Source: Spirochaetia bacterium (GTDB lineage Bacteria; Spirochaetota; Spirochaetia; SZUA-6; Bin103). From it: a stretch of DNA of 64,000 nt. The DNA lies in contig OZ241863.1 of NCBI GenBank assembly GCA_965203055.1, forward strand, positions 3,200,001 through 3,264,000. Reading direction: 5' to 3'. The notes under the pieces were generated by a model. That model searched no databases. It was not told the DNA's origin and was given only the letters and a program-made list of their open reading frames with translations. The position numbers and the translations under genes are program-made. Below are positions 38,225 through 48,110 of this stretch, one piece after another; position 1 is the stretch's first letter; every line of letters starts with the position of its first letter.

Positions 38225-41002
38225 ATGACTCGCGACTTTGTTGGCGCCCGCTGGTGGCGGTTCGACTTCCACACCCACACCCCGGCCTCTCAAGACTACG
38301 GGAAGGGGGCGGATCAAGAGGAACTTCGCCGCCGCAGCCCGCGCGAGTGGTTGTTCGACTTCATGCGTGCGGAAGTAGACTGCGTTGCCGTTACCGATCA
38401 CAACACCGGCGCTTGGATCGATCCGCTCAAGGAAGCATACCGGGAGATCGAGCAGAGTGGGCCGGATGACTTCCGTCCGCTCGTACTGTTTCCAGGCGTC
38501 GAGATTACCGTACACGGCGGCGTGCACCTGCTGGCGATCTTCGATCCGACCGCTAACGGGGCGCAGGTCGAGGCTCTTCTCGGCGCGGCCGGTCTTCCGG
38601 CCGATGCGGCGGGGGCATTGGACGTTCTGACCGACAAGACCTTCGTGGAGGTTGCCCGGGCCGTCCACGACGCCGGGGCGCTCGCTATTCCTGCTCATGT
38701 CGATGCCGAACGGGGCATCTTCATGAACTTCCGCGGAACTACGCTCAACCAGGTGCTCGCCTGCAGCCATATCATCGCTGCTGAGGCTCTCAAAGATGGC
38801 ATCGTCGAACGTCGCCAGCCTGCATGGAGCGCCGTTATCGGCTCGGATAGCCACCACCCCGGAGGAGCAGCAGGGCAGCGATATCCGGGAAGCAACTCTA
38901 CCTGGGTAAAGATGGAGCGACCGACCCTCGAAGGTCTGCGCTTGGCCCTGATCGACGGGGCGCCGCTTTCCCTGCTGCGCAGCGACCGTTGCACTGAGAA
39001 CCCAAACGGGCACACCCACTTAGTGGTCGAGAGCATCACGGTGCAGGAAGCGAAGTACGCGGGGAGAGGCGGGGGACCGCTTGAAGCTCACTTCAGTCCG
39101 TGGATGTCAGCCCTGATAGGAGGACGGGGAACCGGCAAGTCAACGGTCATTGAGATGCTGCGCCTCGTGCTCGACCGTGCCGCAGAGCTTCCGGAGGATA
39201 TGCGCCGCGAGTTCGAGTCGTTCGCGAGCATCCCGGTGTCGCGGACCGACCGCGGCGCGCTGACCGAACAGACCGAGTTGACGGTAGTAGTACGTAAGGA
39301 TCGGAGACGCTTACGGTTGATATGGACGGGAGGGAACGGGCGGATCGAGGAACAGGATCAAGAAGGCCGTTGGTTGTCCAGTTTCGGCGACGTTAAAGAC
39401 CGCTTTCCGGTCTGGCTATACAGCCAGAAACAGCTCTTCACACTTGCCAGCGACCAGAGCGCGTTGCTTCACGTAGTGGACAGGGTGCCTGAAATGAGAC
39501 GCTTGGAATGGAGCACGTCCCGGGACCAACTCGAAGCTCGATTTCTCAGTTACCACACTCAAATCCGTGAGCTGGCTGCCCAATTGCGGGAGCGGTCCCG
39601 TGTCGAGGGACAACTTGCCGACGTGAAGCAGAAGTTGACGATCTTCGAACAGGGAAGTCATCGGCAGCGTCTGCTCGACTACCAGAGATTCAGACGTCAG
39701 CGCCGAGCGATGGATGATCGTCTCGCGGATTTGCAGCAGGCGGTAGAGCGGTCTCGATCATTTGCCGAGGAAATTGAGCCGGTTGACGTCCGGGAGGATG
39801 AGTTCGACTGCCGGGATACAGCGTCGGCTCAGGCGCTGGAACTTCTCCAGGAAGCAGCCGAATACCAACGCTCTATCGCGGCCAGTATTGTCAAATTGGC
39901 GGAAAATTTAGAGAAGTTTTGCAACGGCTGGAAGGAGCGGGCAGACCGTTCGGAGTGGACGCAACGAGAAGAAGATGTCCGCAGAGATTATCAGGATCTC
40001 GTGGCGCGTCTGGAACAGGCGGGGGTCGATGATCCATCGGAGTACGGCGCGCTGGTGCAACGGCGACAAACCCTGGAGAGCAGGTTGTCTGCGCTGGAGA
40101 CGGTCGCTGACCGGATTCGGCAGCTTCAGGAGCAGGCTAGAGCGGCTCTCACAGAGATAGAGGCTACGCGCGCAGAGCTGACTCGCACGCGCATCAAGTT
40201 CCTCAGTAGAGTACTCCAGGGAAACGAATTCGTGTCGATTTCCGTGGTGCCGTTCGGCGAGACCGCGGCGCAATCAGAATCGGCGTTTCGCTGGCATTTG
40301 AGCCGTAACGACCAACATCTGCGAAGCGATATTTTGGCAGTGGATGGTCAGCGCGGCATTCTCGCCAGGCTGTACCGCGGTCTTCCGGTCGATGGTGAGG
40401 ACCGTATCCGAGAATCGTGCGCGCGCATCGCTCGCATCAAGCGTCAGATCGCCACGATTGCTCAGGGAGAATCTGATTCAAGATTCACCAAGTGGTTCCA
40501 CAACCACGTTCGGGGGCTTCCTCCCGAACAGATTGACCGCTTCCTGCTGTGGTGGCCCGAGGATGGCCTGCGTGTGTCGTATCGGCGAGGAAGTTCCGGA
40601 GGGTCGTTGGTTCCGATTGAGCAAGGGTCTCCGGGACAGAAATCGGCCGCCATGCTTGCGTTCCTTCTCTCTCACGGAGATGAGCCGATCGTGCTCGATC
40701 AACCGGAAGACGATCTCGACAACCACTTGATCTACGATCTGATCGTGCAGCAGCTCAGGGCAAGCAAGCGCCGCCGGCAGATAATCGTCGCCACCCACAA
40801 TCCCAACGTAGTCGTAAACGGCGACGCCGAGATGGTTATCTCGATGGATCACCGTTGCGGTCAGTGTGTGGTGGTCCGAGAGGGGACCGGCAGCCTCCAG
40901 GACCAGGGCGTGCGCGACGAAGTGTGCCGAGTGATGGAGGGCGGCCGCACTGCGTTCGAGCGAAGGTATCGGCGTCTGTTGCAGGAGAGCGGCGATGCTT
41001 GA
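38225..41002 (+). CDS. PHP-domain + SMC/ABC-type ATPase (TrlF/Ppl-like anti-phage protein)
   Basis: DFHTHTPAS, VTDHN, PGVE, H.L, PAH, GSDSH; Walker A GGRGTGKST, coiled coil, GSPGQK, LDQPEDDLDN, ATHN. Confidence 0.88.
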   Translation: MTRDFVGARWWRFDFHTHTPASQDYGKGADQEELRRRSPREWLFDFMRAEVDCVAVTDHNTGAWIDPLKEAYREIEQSGPDDFRPLVLFPGVEITVHGGVHLLAIFDPTANGAQVEALLGAAGLPADAAGALDVLTDKTFVEVARAVHDAGALAIPAHVDAERGIFMNFRGTTLNQVLACSHIIAAEALKDGIVERRQPAWSAVIGSDSHHPGGAAGQRYPGSNSTWVKMERPTLEGLRLALIDGAPLSLLRSDRCTENPNGHTHLVVESITVQEAKYAGRGGGPLEAHFSPWMSALIGGRGTGKSTVIEMLRLVLDRAAELPEDMRREFESFASIPVSRTDRGALTEQTELTVVVRKDRRRLRLIWTGGNGRIEEQDQEGRWLSSFGDVKDRFPVWLYSQKQLFTLASDQSALLHVVDRVPEMRRLEWSTSRDQLEARFLSYHTQIRELAAQLRERSRVEGQLADVKQKLTIFEQGSHRQRLLDYQRFRRQRRAMDDRLADLQQAVERSRSFAEEIEPVDVREDEFDCRDTASAQALELLQEAAEYQRSIAASIVKLAENLEKFCNGWKERADRSEWTQREEDVRRDYQDLVARLEQAGVDDPSEYGALVQRRQTLESRLSALETVADRIRQLQEQARAALTEIEATRAELTRTRIKFLSRVLQGNEFVSISVVPFGETAAQSESAFRWHLSRNDQHLRSDILAVDGQRGILARLYRGLPVDGEDRIRESCARIARIKRQIATIAQGESDSRFTKWFHNHVRGLPPEQIDRFLLWWPEDGLRVSYRRGSSGGSLVPIEQGSPGQKSAAMLAFLLSHGDEPIVLDQPEDDLDNHLIYDLIVQQLRASKRRRQIIVATHNPNVVVNGDAEMVISMDHRCGQCVVVREGTGSLQDQGVRDEVCRVMEGGRTAFERRYRRLLQESGDA

Positions 41003-42269
41003 TGCGCCGGACCAGCTTCTGCGGAAGCTCCGGCTCGGAGAGGACAGCTTCCTGGAGTGCAAGGAGATAGTCTTTGCGGGAAGCAAGGTCAAGGGACCGG
41101 CGCGCAACGACCTCGCGGACGAATTGGCGGCGTTTGCCAACGCGCACGGCGGAATCCTGGTGTTGGGCGTTGAGGACAAGAGCCGCGAGATTGTTGGGAT
41201 ACCCGTAGATCGGCTGGACGCTGCGGTGCGCTACGTCTCGGAGGTCGCTCAGGATTCGATTCGGCCGCCACTCGATCCCGTCATCGAACGGCTGGAGCTG
41301 CCGGACACTAGCGGGCGAACGCAGGCCATCGTCCGCGTCGAGGTCATCCGCAGCCTGTTCGTGCATGAGAGCCCTTCCGGCTACCTGCATCGCGTGGGTG
41401 ACGCGAAGCGCCGAATGGACCCGCAGTATCTCGCGCGGCTGTTCCAGCAGCGCAGCCAGGCGCGCCTCGTGCGGTTCGACGAGCAGAGGCTGGAGGATGC
41501 TTCGTTCTCCCATCTGGACGCAAATCTTATCGAGCGCTTCGCCCTCCCGGAGGTCGCGGATGAGCTTGCGGTTCTCGCCCGCAAGCTGGGCATGGCCGCG
41601 GCCCCGGACGGCGATGATCTCCGCCCGACTGTGGCCGGCGTTCTACTCGGCGCTCGGCAGCCGGAGCGTTGGCTGTCCCACGCCTACATCCAGGCAGTGG
41701 CCTATCGCGGCCGGACGGTGCCGGACGCCCTGGAGTCTGCCTGGTATCAACTCGACGCCGCCGACATCGGGGGACCGCTCGACGCGCAGGTTACGGACGC
41801 ATGCCGGTTCGTCGTCCGCAACCAGCAGGTGCGCGCCAGAAAGACGCTCGGCCGCGTGGACCAGCCGCAGTACGACATGACCGCGGTGTTCGAAGCGGTG
41901 GTCAACGCCGTAGCTCACCGCGACTACGCGATGCACGGAAGCCGCATACGGCTGCACATGTTCGCCGACCGCATCGAGCTGTACTCGCCGGGTGCGCTGG
42001 CGAACACGCTCACGGTCGAGGACTTGGCGTACCGTCAGGCAAGCCGCAACGAAACGCTGGCGAGCCTGCTTGCCAGCTGCCCGGTTCCCTCCGGGATCGC
42101 TGGGCTTGAGACTAACCGAACGACCCTGATGGACCGCCGCGGACAGGGTGTGCCGATCATTCTGGTACGCAGCACGCAGCTTTCCGGGAAGCGGCCGGAG
42201 TATCGCTTGTTCGGCGACGAATTGCGTTTGACCATCTACGCGGCGCACGGCGATGCCGAAGGAGGATAG
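40995..42269 (+). CDS. Schlafen/AlbA_2 + HATPase_c_4 protein (no C-terminal HTH)
   Basis: GEDS.LE.K, AAFAN..GG.LVLGVED; EAVVNAVAHRDY, DRIELYSPG, RN..L, MDRRG.GV; overlaps PHP-ATPase stop. Confidence 0.88.
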   Translation: MLDAPDQLLRKLRLGEDSFLECKEIVFAGSKVKGPARNDLADELAAFANAHGGILVLGVEDKSREIVGIPVDRLDAAVRYVSEVAQDSIRPPLDPVIERLELPDTSGRTQAIVRVEVIRSLFVHESPSGYLHRVGDAKRRMDPQYLARLFQQRSQARLVRFDEQRLEDASFSHLDANLIERFALPEVADELAVLARKLGMAAAPDGDDLRPTVAGVLLGARQPERWLSHAYIQAVAYRGRTVPDALESAWYQLDAADIGGPLDAQVTDACRFVVRNQQVRARKTLGRVDQPQYDMTAVFEAVVNAVAHRDYAMHGSRIRLHMFADRIELYSPGALANTLTVEDLAYRQASRNETLASLLASCPVPSGIAGLETNRTTLMDRRGQGVPIILVRSTQLSGKRPEYRLFGDELRLTIYAAHGDAEGG

Positions 42270-42270
42270 G

Positions 42271-43659
42271 ATGTTCGAAGCTGCAGGATGGGACGCTTAC
42301 TTCGCACTCGTACGGACCCGCACATGGGACGAGGTCGAGTCGGAACTGAGGTATAAGCGTGCCACTGAACGGTTCTTGCGATCAGTGACCAACGAGGTGC
42401 TGTCCAGCAGCAACCGAAATTGGATCTACAACGCAGCTAAAGCCGACCGGAAGAACTTGGAGTTTTGCGGCGGTTGGAGAAAGACGGCGGCTCTGGCCAA
42501 ATGGTATGGCGAAGAGCCGAGACGAGTGGCGGAGGCGCTGAGGGGGCTTTGGGTCCCGTACGATGGATCGCCTGACGGATTGCCGCCGAGGGATGAGGTA
42601 TTCGCACGGATTCGTACATTCGCCAAGCAATTGCCGTTCGTAAAGAACCTCCGCGGAGCAGGCGGGCGCATGGCACTGACCTCCGCCCTGCTTATGAGGA
42701 TTTCGGCCGAACATTACCCGCCGTTCAAGGTGACAATGTTCACCAAGGTATACGAGCTTACGGGCCACCCGCAGCCACCCCAGGATGCGGACGAAGCAAC
42801 TCTGTATGAGCACGCGTTGGAGTTTCTCGACAAGTTCGTCGAGGAAGCTCAGGCGCGTAGACTCGAATGGCCGAGCAACCTCCTCGAAGCGCAGTCGGTA
42901 GTTCACATGCTCCGTTATTCCGATCCTAATGCCGGTGGCCGTCCGCGAGCGGCGGAGTCTCCCCGACGAGTTGATCATCAGCCGGACAGTGTGTCAGCGT
43001 CTGCAGGATGGGACGCTTACTTCGCACTCGTACGGAACCTCGAATGGGCCGCGGTCGAGTCGGACGAGCTTCAGTATAAGCGCGCCGCTGAAAGGTATTT
43101 GCGATCAGTGACCAACGAGGTGCTGTCGAGCAAGGATAACTGGATCGACGCCGCTAGAGATAGAGGTAACTTCCGGCGATACTTGAATAAACTTGGCGGC
43201 GGTTGGAGGAGAATGACGTATCTGGCCAAATGGTGGGACGAGGAGCCGGAACGGGTGGCGGCGGCGCTGAGGGATCTTTGGGCCTTGTACGATGGATCGT
43301 CTGACGGGTTGCCGTCGAGGGATGAGGTATTCACACGGATTCGCAGATTCGCCAAGGAATTGCCGTTCGTCGACAAGAATCTCCGCCGACCAGGAGGGCG
43401 CTTGGGACTGATTTCCGCCCTGCTCATAAGGATTTCGGTCGAACATTACCCTCCGTTCAAGGTGAGAATGTTCACCACGGCATACGAGCTTACCAACCAC
43501 CCCAAGCCGCCCGATGATGCGGACGAGGCGACGCTGTATAGGCACGCGTTGGAGTTTCTCGACAAGTTCGTCGAGGAATCTCTGGCTCGTAGACGAGAAT
43601 GGCCGCGCAACCTCCTCGAAGCCGAGTCGGTAGTCCATATGCTCCGTTATGCCACGTGA
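42271..43659 (+). CDS. Hypothetical protein made of two tandem copies of a ~215-aa domain
   Basis: AGWDAYFALVR...EHYPPFKV.MFT..YELT.HP.PP.DADEATLY.HALEFLDKFVEE...NLLEA.SVVHMLRY occurs twice; GGAGG RBS (alternative ATG 42253). Confidence 0.8.
   Translation: MFEAAGWDAYFALVRTRTWDEVESELRYKRATERFLRSVTNEVLSSSNRNWIYNAAKADRKNLEFCGGWRKTAALAKWYGEEPRRVAEALRGLWVPYDGSPDGLPPRDEVFARIRTFAKQLPFVKNLRGAGGRMALTSALLMRISAEHYPPFKVTMFTKVYELTGHPQPPQDADEATLYEHALEFLDKFVEEAQARRLEWPSNLLEAQSVVHMLRYSDPNAGGRPRAAESPRRVDHQPDSVSASAGWDAYFALVRNLEWAAVESDELQYKRAAERYLRSVTNEVLSSKDNWIDAARDRGNFRRYLNKLGGGWRRMTYLAKWWDEEPERVAAALRDLWALYDGSSDGLPSRDEVFTRIRRFAKELPFVDKNLRRPGGRLGLISALLIRISVEHYPPFKVRMFTTAYELTNHPKPPDDADEATLYRHALEFLDKFVEESLARRREWPRNLLEAESVVHMLRYAT
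42281..43649 (+). repeat. Intragenic direct repeat (~650 bp x2, 720 bp period)
   Basis: CTGCAGGATGGGACGCTTACTTCGCACTCGTACGGA at 42281 and 43001; both copies end ATGCTCCGTTAT. Confidence 0.92.
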
Positions 43660-43720
43660 GAGAGTCGGCGTTGGTCCAATGATCGGATTCGCCGGCGGCG
43701 GCAACGCGGCGGACTTTCGT

Positions 43721-44131
43721 TCAGGTAGCTGGCTCTCTGGTGGCGGCAGATGCTGTGGGGTGGTGCCATTCCGGGCCTTCTTCGCCCGGTTCGGGCAGGA
43801 CCCGTCCGGCCTCCATCGTCCAGGACGCCGGGCCTTCGGTGATGCGGCCTCCCAACTGGTTGGCCGGGACGCCGGTGATGTCGCGGAACGCGCGCATGAG
43901 CTGCGCCAGCAGTTGCTCCCTGAGCGCCGCCGGCCGCCCCGCCCGGTTGCCGCCGTCGATATAGTACGGCTCGGCGAACTCCGGGTCTTCGTTGGCGAAG
44001 AACGCGACGTGCACGAAGTTGCGCGGCGCTCCGGTCAATCCACAATGAATATCGGTGAACGCCCGCGCCACTTGTTGGCGCTGCTCGAACGGGATCGAGT
44101 CTTGCGGAACCAGGCAGCGGTAGAACGGCAT
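43721..44131 (-). CDS. Tautomerase family protein (cis-CaaD-like)
   Basis: Met-Pro start, TD.H..LTGAP..FV.V.F, RAGR; AGGAGG RBS. Confidence 0.82.
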   Translation of the reverse strand: MPFYRCLVPQDSIPFEQRQQVARAFTDIHCGLTGAPRNFVHVAFFANEDPEFAEPYYIDGGNRAGRPAALREQLLAQLMRAFRDITGVPANQLGGRITEGPASWTMEAGRVLPEPGEEGPEWHHPTASAATREPAT

Positions 44132-44152
44132 AATCTTCCTCCTTGGGATAGG

Positions 44153-44512
44153 CTATGGCGGCGGCTGACTCCGGTCGCGCACGGATACGACCAGTTCGTC
44201 GGCAGCGCAGCCGGTGAGATCGCGCCACACGTCGCAGATGCGCTGCATGATGTCGACCCGCACCATCTGCTTGCAGCCCGGCGGGATCGATCCTCGGACC
44301 ATCGAGGTGGTGGAGATCTCGCCGCCTCTGAAGCAGAAACCATGGGGTATCACGGTGAACTCGACCTCCACCAACTCCGGCGATCCGCCCAGAAGCGAGG
44401 AGCTGATCCGGGCCAGCGCGGCCTTCAGTTGGGGCCGCAGCCAATCGGGCACCACGCCCTCTTGAATGATGCAATTGAAGCTGATCCTGGGTAACCGCCC
44501 TGCCCTGCGCAC
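44153..44512 (-). CDS. Tautomerase-like protein (start uncertain)
   Basis: Beta-alpha-beta pattern (FNC.IQEG, V.F..IP.G..F.GGE.ST.S.V, IC..W...TGC..DE.VV); adjacent to tautomerase. Confidence 0.55.
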   Translation of the reverse strand: MRRAGRLPRISFNCIIQEGVVPDWLRPQLKAALARISSSLLGGSPELVEVEFTVIPHGFCFRGGEISTTSMVRGSIPPGCKQMVRVDIMQRICDVWRDLTGCAADELVVSVRDRSQPPP

Positions 44513-44608
44513 GCGCCCAGCTTACTACGCCGCGGCGCTTTGTGCACGGCCCGCGCCGCCAGCCAGCCAGCAGCCCGGCCGCCGGTGCCGCCGGCGCCCC
44601 TTGCGTGC

Positions 44609-47600
44609 TCAGAACAGCGGGAGCTGCAGGTCGGCGGCCGGGTCGCGGCGCCGGCGGCGCGGCTTCTGCTGCTGCTGTTCGCGGAGCGCGGTCTCGATGT
44701 CGGTGACGAAGCGCGACAGGCGATTCTCTACGGTCCGGCCGAACAACGGGCGGTGGGCGGCGTGGGTCAGGATCAGCCGGCTGCGGGCGCGGGTCATGCC
44801 GACGTAGAACAGCCGGCGTTCCTCGGCCGGGTCGGCGCGGCGGTTGGGCGGCGTGTAGGGCAGCAGACCCTCCTCGCAGCCGACGATGAACACCACCGGG
44901 AACTCCAGCCCCTTGGCGGCGTGCAGGCTCATCAGCGCCACCCGGTCCGCGCGTTCGTCGTACCGGTCGGTCTCACTCTGCAGCGCCTGCGCGGTCAGGA
45001 ACTCGCGCAGGCCGGCGGACCCGGCGGCGGCGCGGCGCTGCAGGCGGTCCACCCGCTCGCGTTCACCGGCGTCGTACGCGCGCCCGCGCAGCCCGGCCCA
45101 GCCCGCCGCCGCGGCCGCTACCCGCTCCGCGACCGGCGCCGAACCGGGGTTGGCCAGCTCCCGCACCAGCGCCAGCGTCCGCCCCCACCGGCCGCTGGCC
45201 GGCACCCCGTCTCCGGCGGCGTCGAGCGCCGCCGCCGGGGGCAGCCCGGCGGCTTCCGCGGCCGCGGCCCGCGCCACCAACTGCTCCAGCGCGGTCGCCC
45301 GCGCGGCGCCGCCTCCATCCGCCAGCACGCGCCACCAGTGGAGGCGGCTGGCCGGCGCCTGCGCCAGCCACAGCAGCGCCAGAATCTCACGCACCGGCGG
45401 CTGCTCCGCCGGCGCGCTGCCGGCGGCGGCTTGGCAGGGGATGCCGGAGCGGTCGAACGCCTCCTGCAGCAGCTTGGCCTGGGCGTTGAGGCGGTACAGA
45501 ACCGCGAATTCGCCAAAGCTGTGGCCCTCGGTTTCGCCGTCGTCCTCCACGCGTCCCGAGTCCAGCGAAAAGTAGCTGGTCCCGCCGACCAGCCGTTCCA
45601 CCTGATGCACGACGTATTCCGCCTCGGCGGCGGCGGTGGGCGCGCGGTACACCTCCAGCTTCACCTGCTCGGCGAAGTCGGCGGTCAGCGCCGCCGCCTG
45701 GTGGTCCGGGTTGCGCGCGATCACCTGTCTGGCGGCGTCCAGAATCGCCGGCGCCGACCGGTAGTTGCGATCCAGATGGAGCCGCTGCGCGCCGGGGAAG
45801 TCGTCGCCGAAGGCGAGGAAGTAGCGGTGGTCCGCGCCCCGAAAGCCGTAGATCGCCTGGTCCGGGTCGCCGATCACGCACACGTTGGCGCCGCCGCCGG
45901 CGAGCAGCCGCAGCAGGCGGTACTGGGCCGCGTTCACGTCCTGGTACTCGTCCACCGAGATCCAGCGAAAGCGCGCCTGCAGCGTCTTGCGCACCCCCGG
46001 GTCGCTCTCCAGCAGTGCTACGGTACGCACCACGAGGTCGTCCAGGTCCAGGGCGCCGGCCTCGGCAAGGGCCGCGTCGTAGCGTTCCCGGAGCGCTGCC
46101 GGCTCCGGCCCGCCCGCGGCGGCGGCCGCGAGTTGGTTCTTGTGCGCCGAGATCGCCGCCAGCGCCGCGCGCAGCTTGCCGGCGGCCAGTTCGGGGCAAC
46201 TCCGCTGCAGCAGCAGGCGGCGGTCGGCCTCGTCGAACACCGCGAACGACCGTGGGATGCCGGCCGCAGCGGCGAACTCCCGCAGCAGCCGCGCGCCCAG
46301 TTGATGGAAGGTGCCGGCCGTGATTGGCGCTATCTGCTCCGCCGCCAGCAGCCCCTGCAGGCGCTCGCGCAGCTCGTCCGCGGCCTTGTTGGTGAACGTG
46401 AGCGCCAGAATCGACGCCGGCGCGGCGCCGAGTCCCTGGACCAGGTGGGCGATGCGGACGGTGAGCGTGCTGGTCTTGCCGGTGCCCGGCCCGGCGACGA
46501 TTGCCAGCGGGCCTCCGGTATGGGTGGCCGCTTCCCGTTGCGCCGGGTTGAGCTCGGCGAGCCACTCCGTCAGGCCGGCGGGTGGCGCCATCGCTGCCGC
46601 AGGCGGTTGCGCTGGCGGCGGTGACGCAGTTCCCGCCGCTGCCATCACCGGTTGCGCTTCCGCTTCGACCACCGCCGCCGGCTGCTCCGGCGCTGACCCG
46701 GCGTCCCCGCGCCCGGCGCCCGGCAACGGCGCGCCGCCGCCGGAATCCACGCCCGGCGCGGGGGCGGGTTCCTCCTCCGCGAGTTCGGCGAACATGCCGA
46801 GCTGCACCACCGACGACCGGTCGGCCGCGCCGTCGAACAGGCGGATCACGCCATATTCGCCGTCGTAGCCGCTCTGGGCGCGCACCTCGCCGGCGCGCAT
46901 GCGGCGCACGCCTTCCGCCAGCACCGCGTCCGCCGCGGCCGCGATCTCCTCCAGGGGCAGGTCCTGCAGGATGGTCAGCTCCGGCCCCAGCCGCTCCGTC
47001 AGGCGCAGGTACTCGCGCTGCACCCGCTTCGAGTTGGGACCGGCGCCGAGCAGCTCGGCCAGCGCTTCCGGCAGCGGAATGAGGCTGGCGAACGGACCGG
47101 CGCAGGCCGGGCGCGCGCCGCGCGGGCGGTCGGCCAACTCCTCCATCCGGTGGTATACGCCGACGGTCACCGGCTTGCCGCACGCGGAGCAGCGCCCGCC
47201 GCGGGCGCGCGTCGTGGCCGGCTCCCAGCAGACGCCGCACTTGCGGTGGCCGTCCAGGTGGTACTTGCCCTCCTCCGGGAAGAACTCGATGGTGCCGCGG
47301 TAGCCGGCCGGCTCACCGTTGCGCAGCGCGGCGAACAACGCGTCGTAGCTCAGCTCGGTGTCGAATCGGGTCGCTTCCCGCGCCAGCTTCGGCGGCGAAT
47401 GGGCGTCCGAGCTGGAGATCAGCGTGTAGGCGTCCAGCCCGGAGACGCGCCAGTTCATCGGCGGATCGGACGACAGACCGGTCTCCACGGCGAAGATGTG
47501 CGGCGTCAGATCGGCGAAGCACTCCCGCACCGAGTCGAAACCCGACTTCGAGCCCAGAATCGAAAACCATGGGGTCCAGATGTGGGCCGGAATCAGGTGG

Positions 47601-48073
47601 CAGCGGGCGTCCGTCTGCAGCACGATCTCGAGCAGGTCGCGGCTGTCGAGGCCCAGGATCGGGCGCCCGTCGGAGCGGATGTTGCCGATCTTCTCCAACT
47701 CCTGCTGCAGCCGCGCGACAGCTTCGAACGACGGAGCGAAGACGACGTTGTGCACCTTGCGGGTGCGGTCGTACTTCTTGTAGATGTTGCTGATCTCGCC
47801 GCCGATCAGAAAGCGCACGCTGCCGCGGCACGCCGCCGGCACCTGGTCGGCGACCGCCGCGGTGTGTTCCGGCTTGAGCCGAAACAGCCCCTCCTCCGCC
47901 GGTTCCAGCTTGTCGCGCAGCTCCGCCAGCCAGCCGGGGTGGGCGATGTCGCCGGTGGCCACCACCTGCACGCCCTTGATCTGCGCCCACTTCCACAGGT
48001 GTTCCAGCGTCAGGTCGCGGCTGGTCGCGCGCGAGTAATGAGAGTGCAGATGAATGTCGGCAACCAGCTTCAT
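44609..48073 (-). CDS. Endonuclease Q-like PHP domain fused to UvrD/PcrA helicase
   Basis: AD.H.HSHYSRATS, PAH.WTPWF, ETGLSSD, SDAHS, GKYH.DGHRKC...C..C; AGPGTGKT, TFTNKAA, VDEYQD, GDPDQAIY.FRG, NYRS, HAAKGLEF, EERRLFYVGMTRA. Confidence 0.93.
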   Translation of the reverse strand: MKLVADIHLHSHYSRATSRDLTLEHLWKWAQIKGVQVVATGDIAHPGWLAELRDKLEPAEEGLFRLKPEHTAAVADQVPAACRGSVRFLIGGEISNIYKKYDRTRKVHNVVFAPSFEAVARLQQELEKIGNIRSDGRPILGLDSRDLLEIVLQTDARCHLIPAHIWTPWFSILGSKSGFDSVRECFADLTPHIFAVETGLSSDPPMNWRVSGLDAYTLISSSDAHSPPKLAREATRFDTELSYDALFAALRNGEPAGYRGTIEFFPEEGKYHLDGHRKCGVCWEPATTRARGGRCSACGKPVTVGVYHRMEELADRPRGARPACAGPFASLIPLPEALAELLGAGPNSKRVQREYLRLTERLGPELTILQDLPLEEIAAAADAVLAEGVRRMRAGEVRAQSGYDGEYGVIRLFDGAADRSSVVQLGMFAELAEEEPAPAPGVDSGGGAPLPGAGRGDAGSAPEQPAAVVEAEAQPVMAAAGTASPPPAQPPAAAMAPPAGLTEWLAELNPAQREAATHTGGPLAIVAGPGTGKTSTLTVRIAHLVQGLGAAPASILALTFTNKAADELRERLQGLLAAEQIAPITAGTFHQLGARLLREFAAAAGIPRSFAVFDEADRRLLLQRSCPELAAGKLRAALAAISAHKNQLAAAAAGGPEPAALRERYDAALAEAGALDLDDLVVRTVALLESDPGVRKTLQARFRWISVDEYQDVNAAQYRLLRLLAGGGANVCVIGDPDQAIYGFRGADHRYFLAFGDDFPGAQRLHLDRNYRSAPAILDAARQVIARNPDHQAAALTADFAEQVKLEVYRAPTAAAEAEYVVHQVERLVGGTSYFSLDSGRVEDDGETEGHSFGEFAVLYRLNAQAKLLQEAFDRSGIPCQAAAGSAPAEQPPVREILALLWLAQAPASRLHWWRVLADGGGAARATALEQLVARAAAAEAAGLPPAAALDAAGDGVPASGRWGRTLALVRELANPGSAPVAERVAAAAAGWAGLRGRAYDAGERERVDRLQRRAAAGSAGLREFLTAQALQSETDRYDERADRVALMSLHAAKGLEFPVVFIVGCEEGLLPYTPPNRRADPAEERRLFYVGMTRARSRLILTHAAHRPLFGRTVENRLSRFVTDIETALREQQQQKPRRRRRDPAADLQLPLF

Positions 48074-48110
48074 CCGCTGCCGCGAGCCCCGACATACTCG
48101 CTACCCGGCG

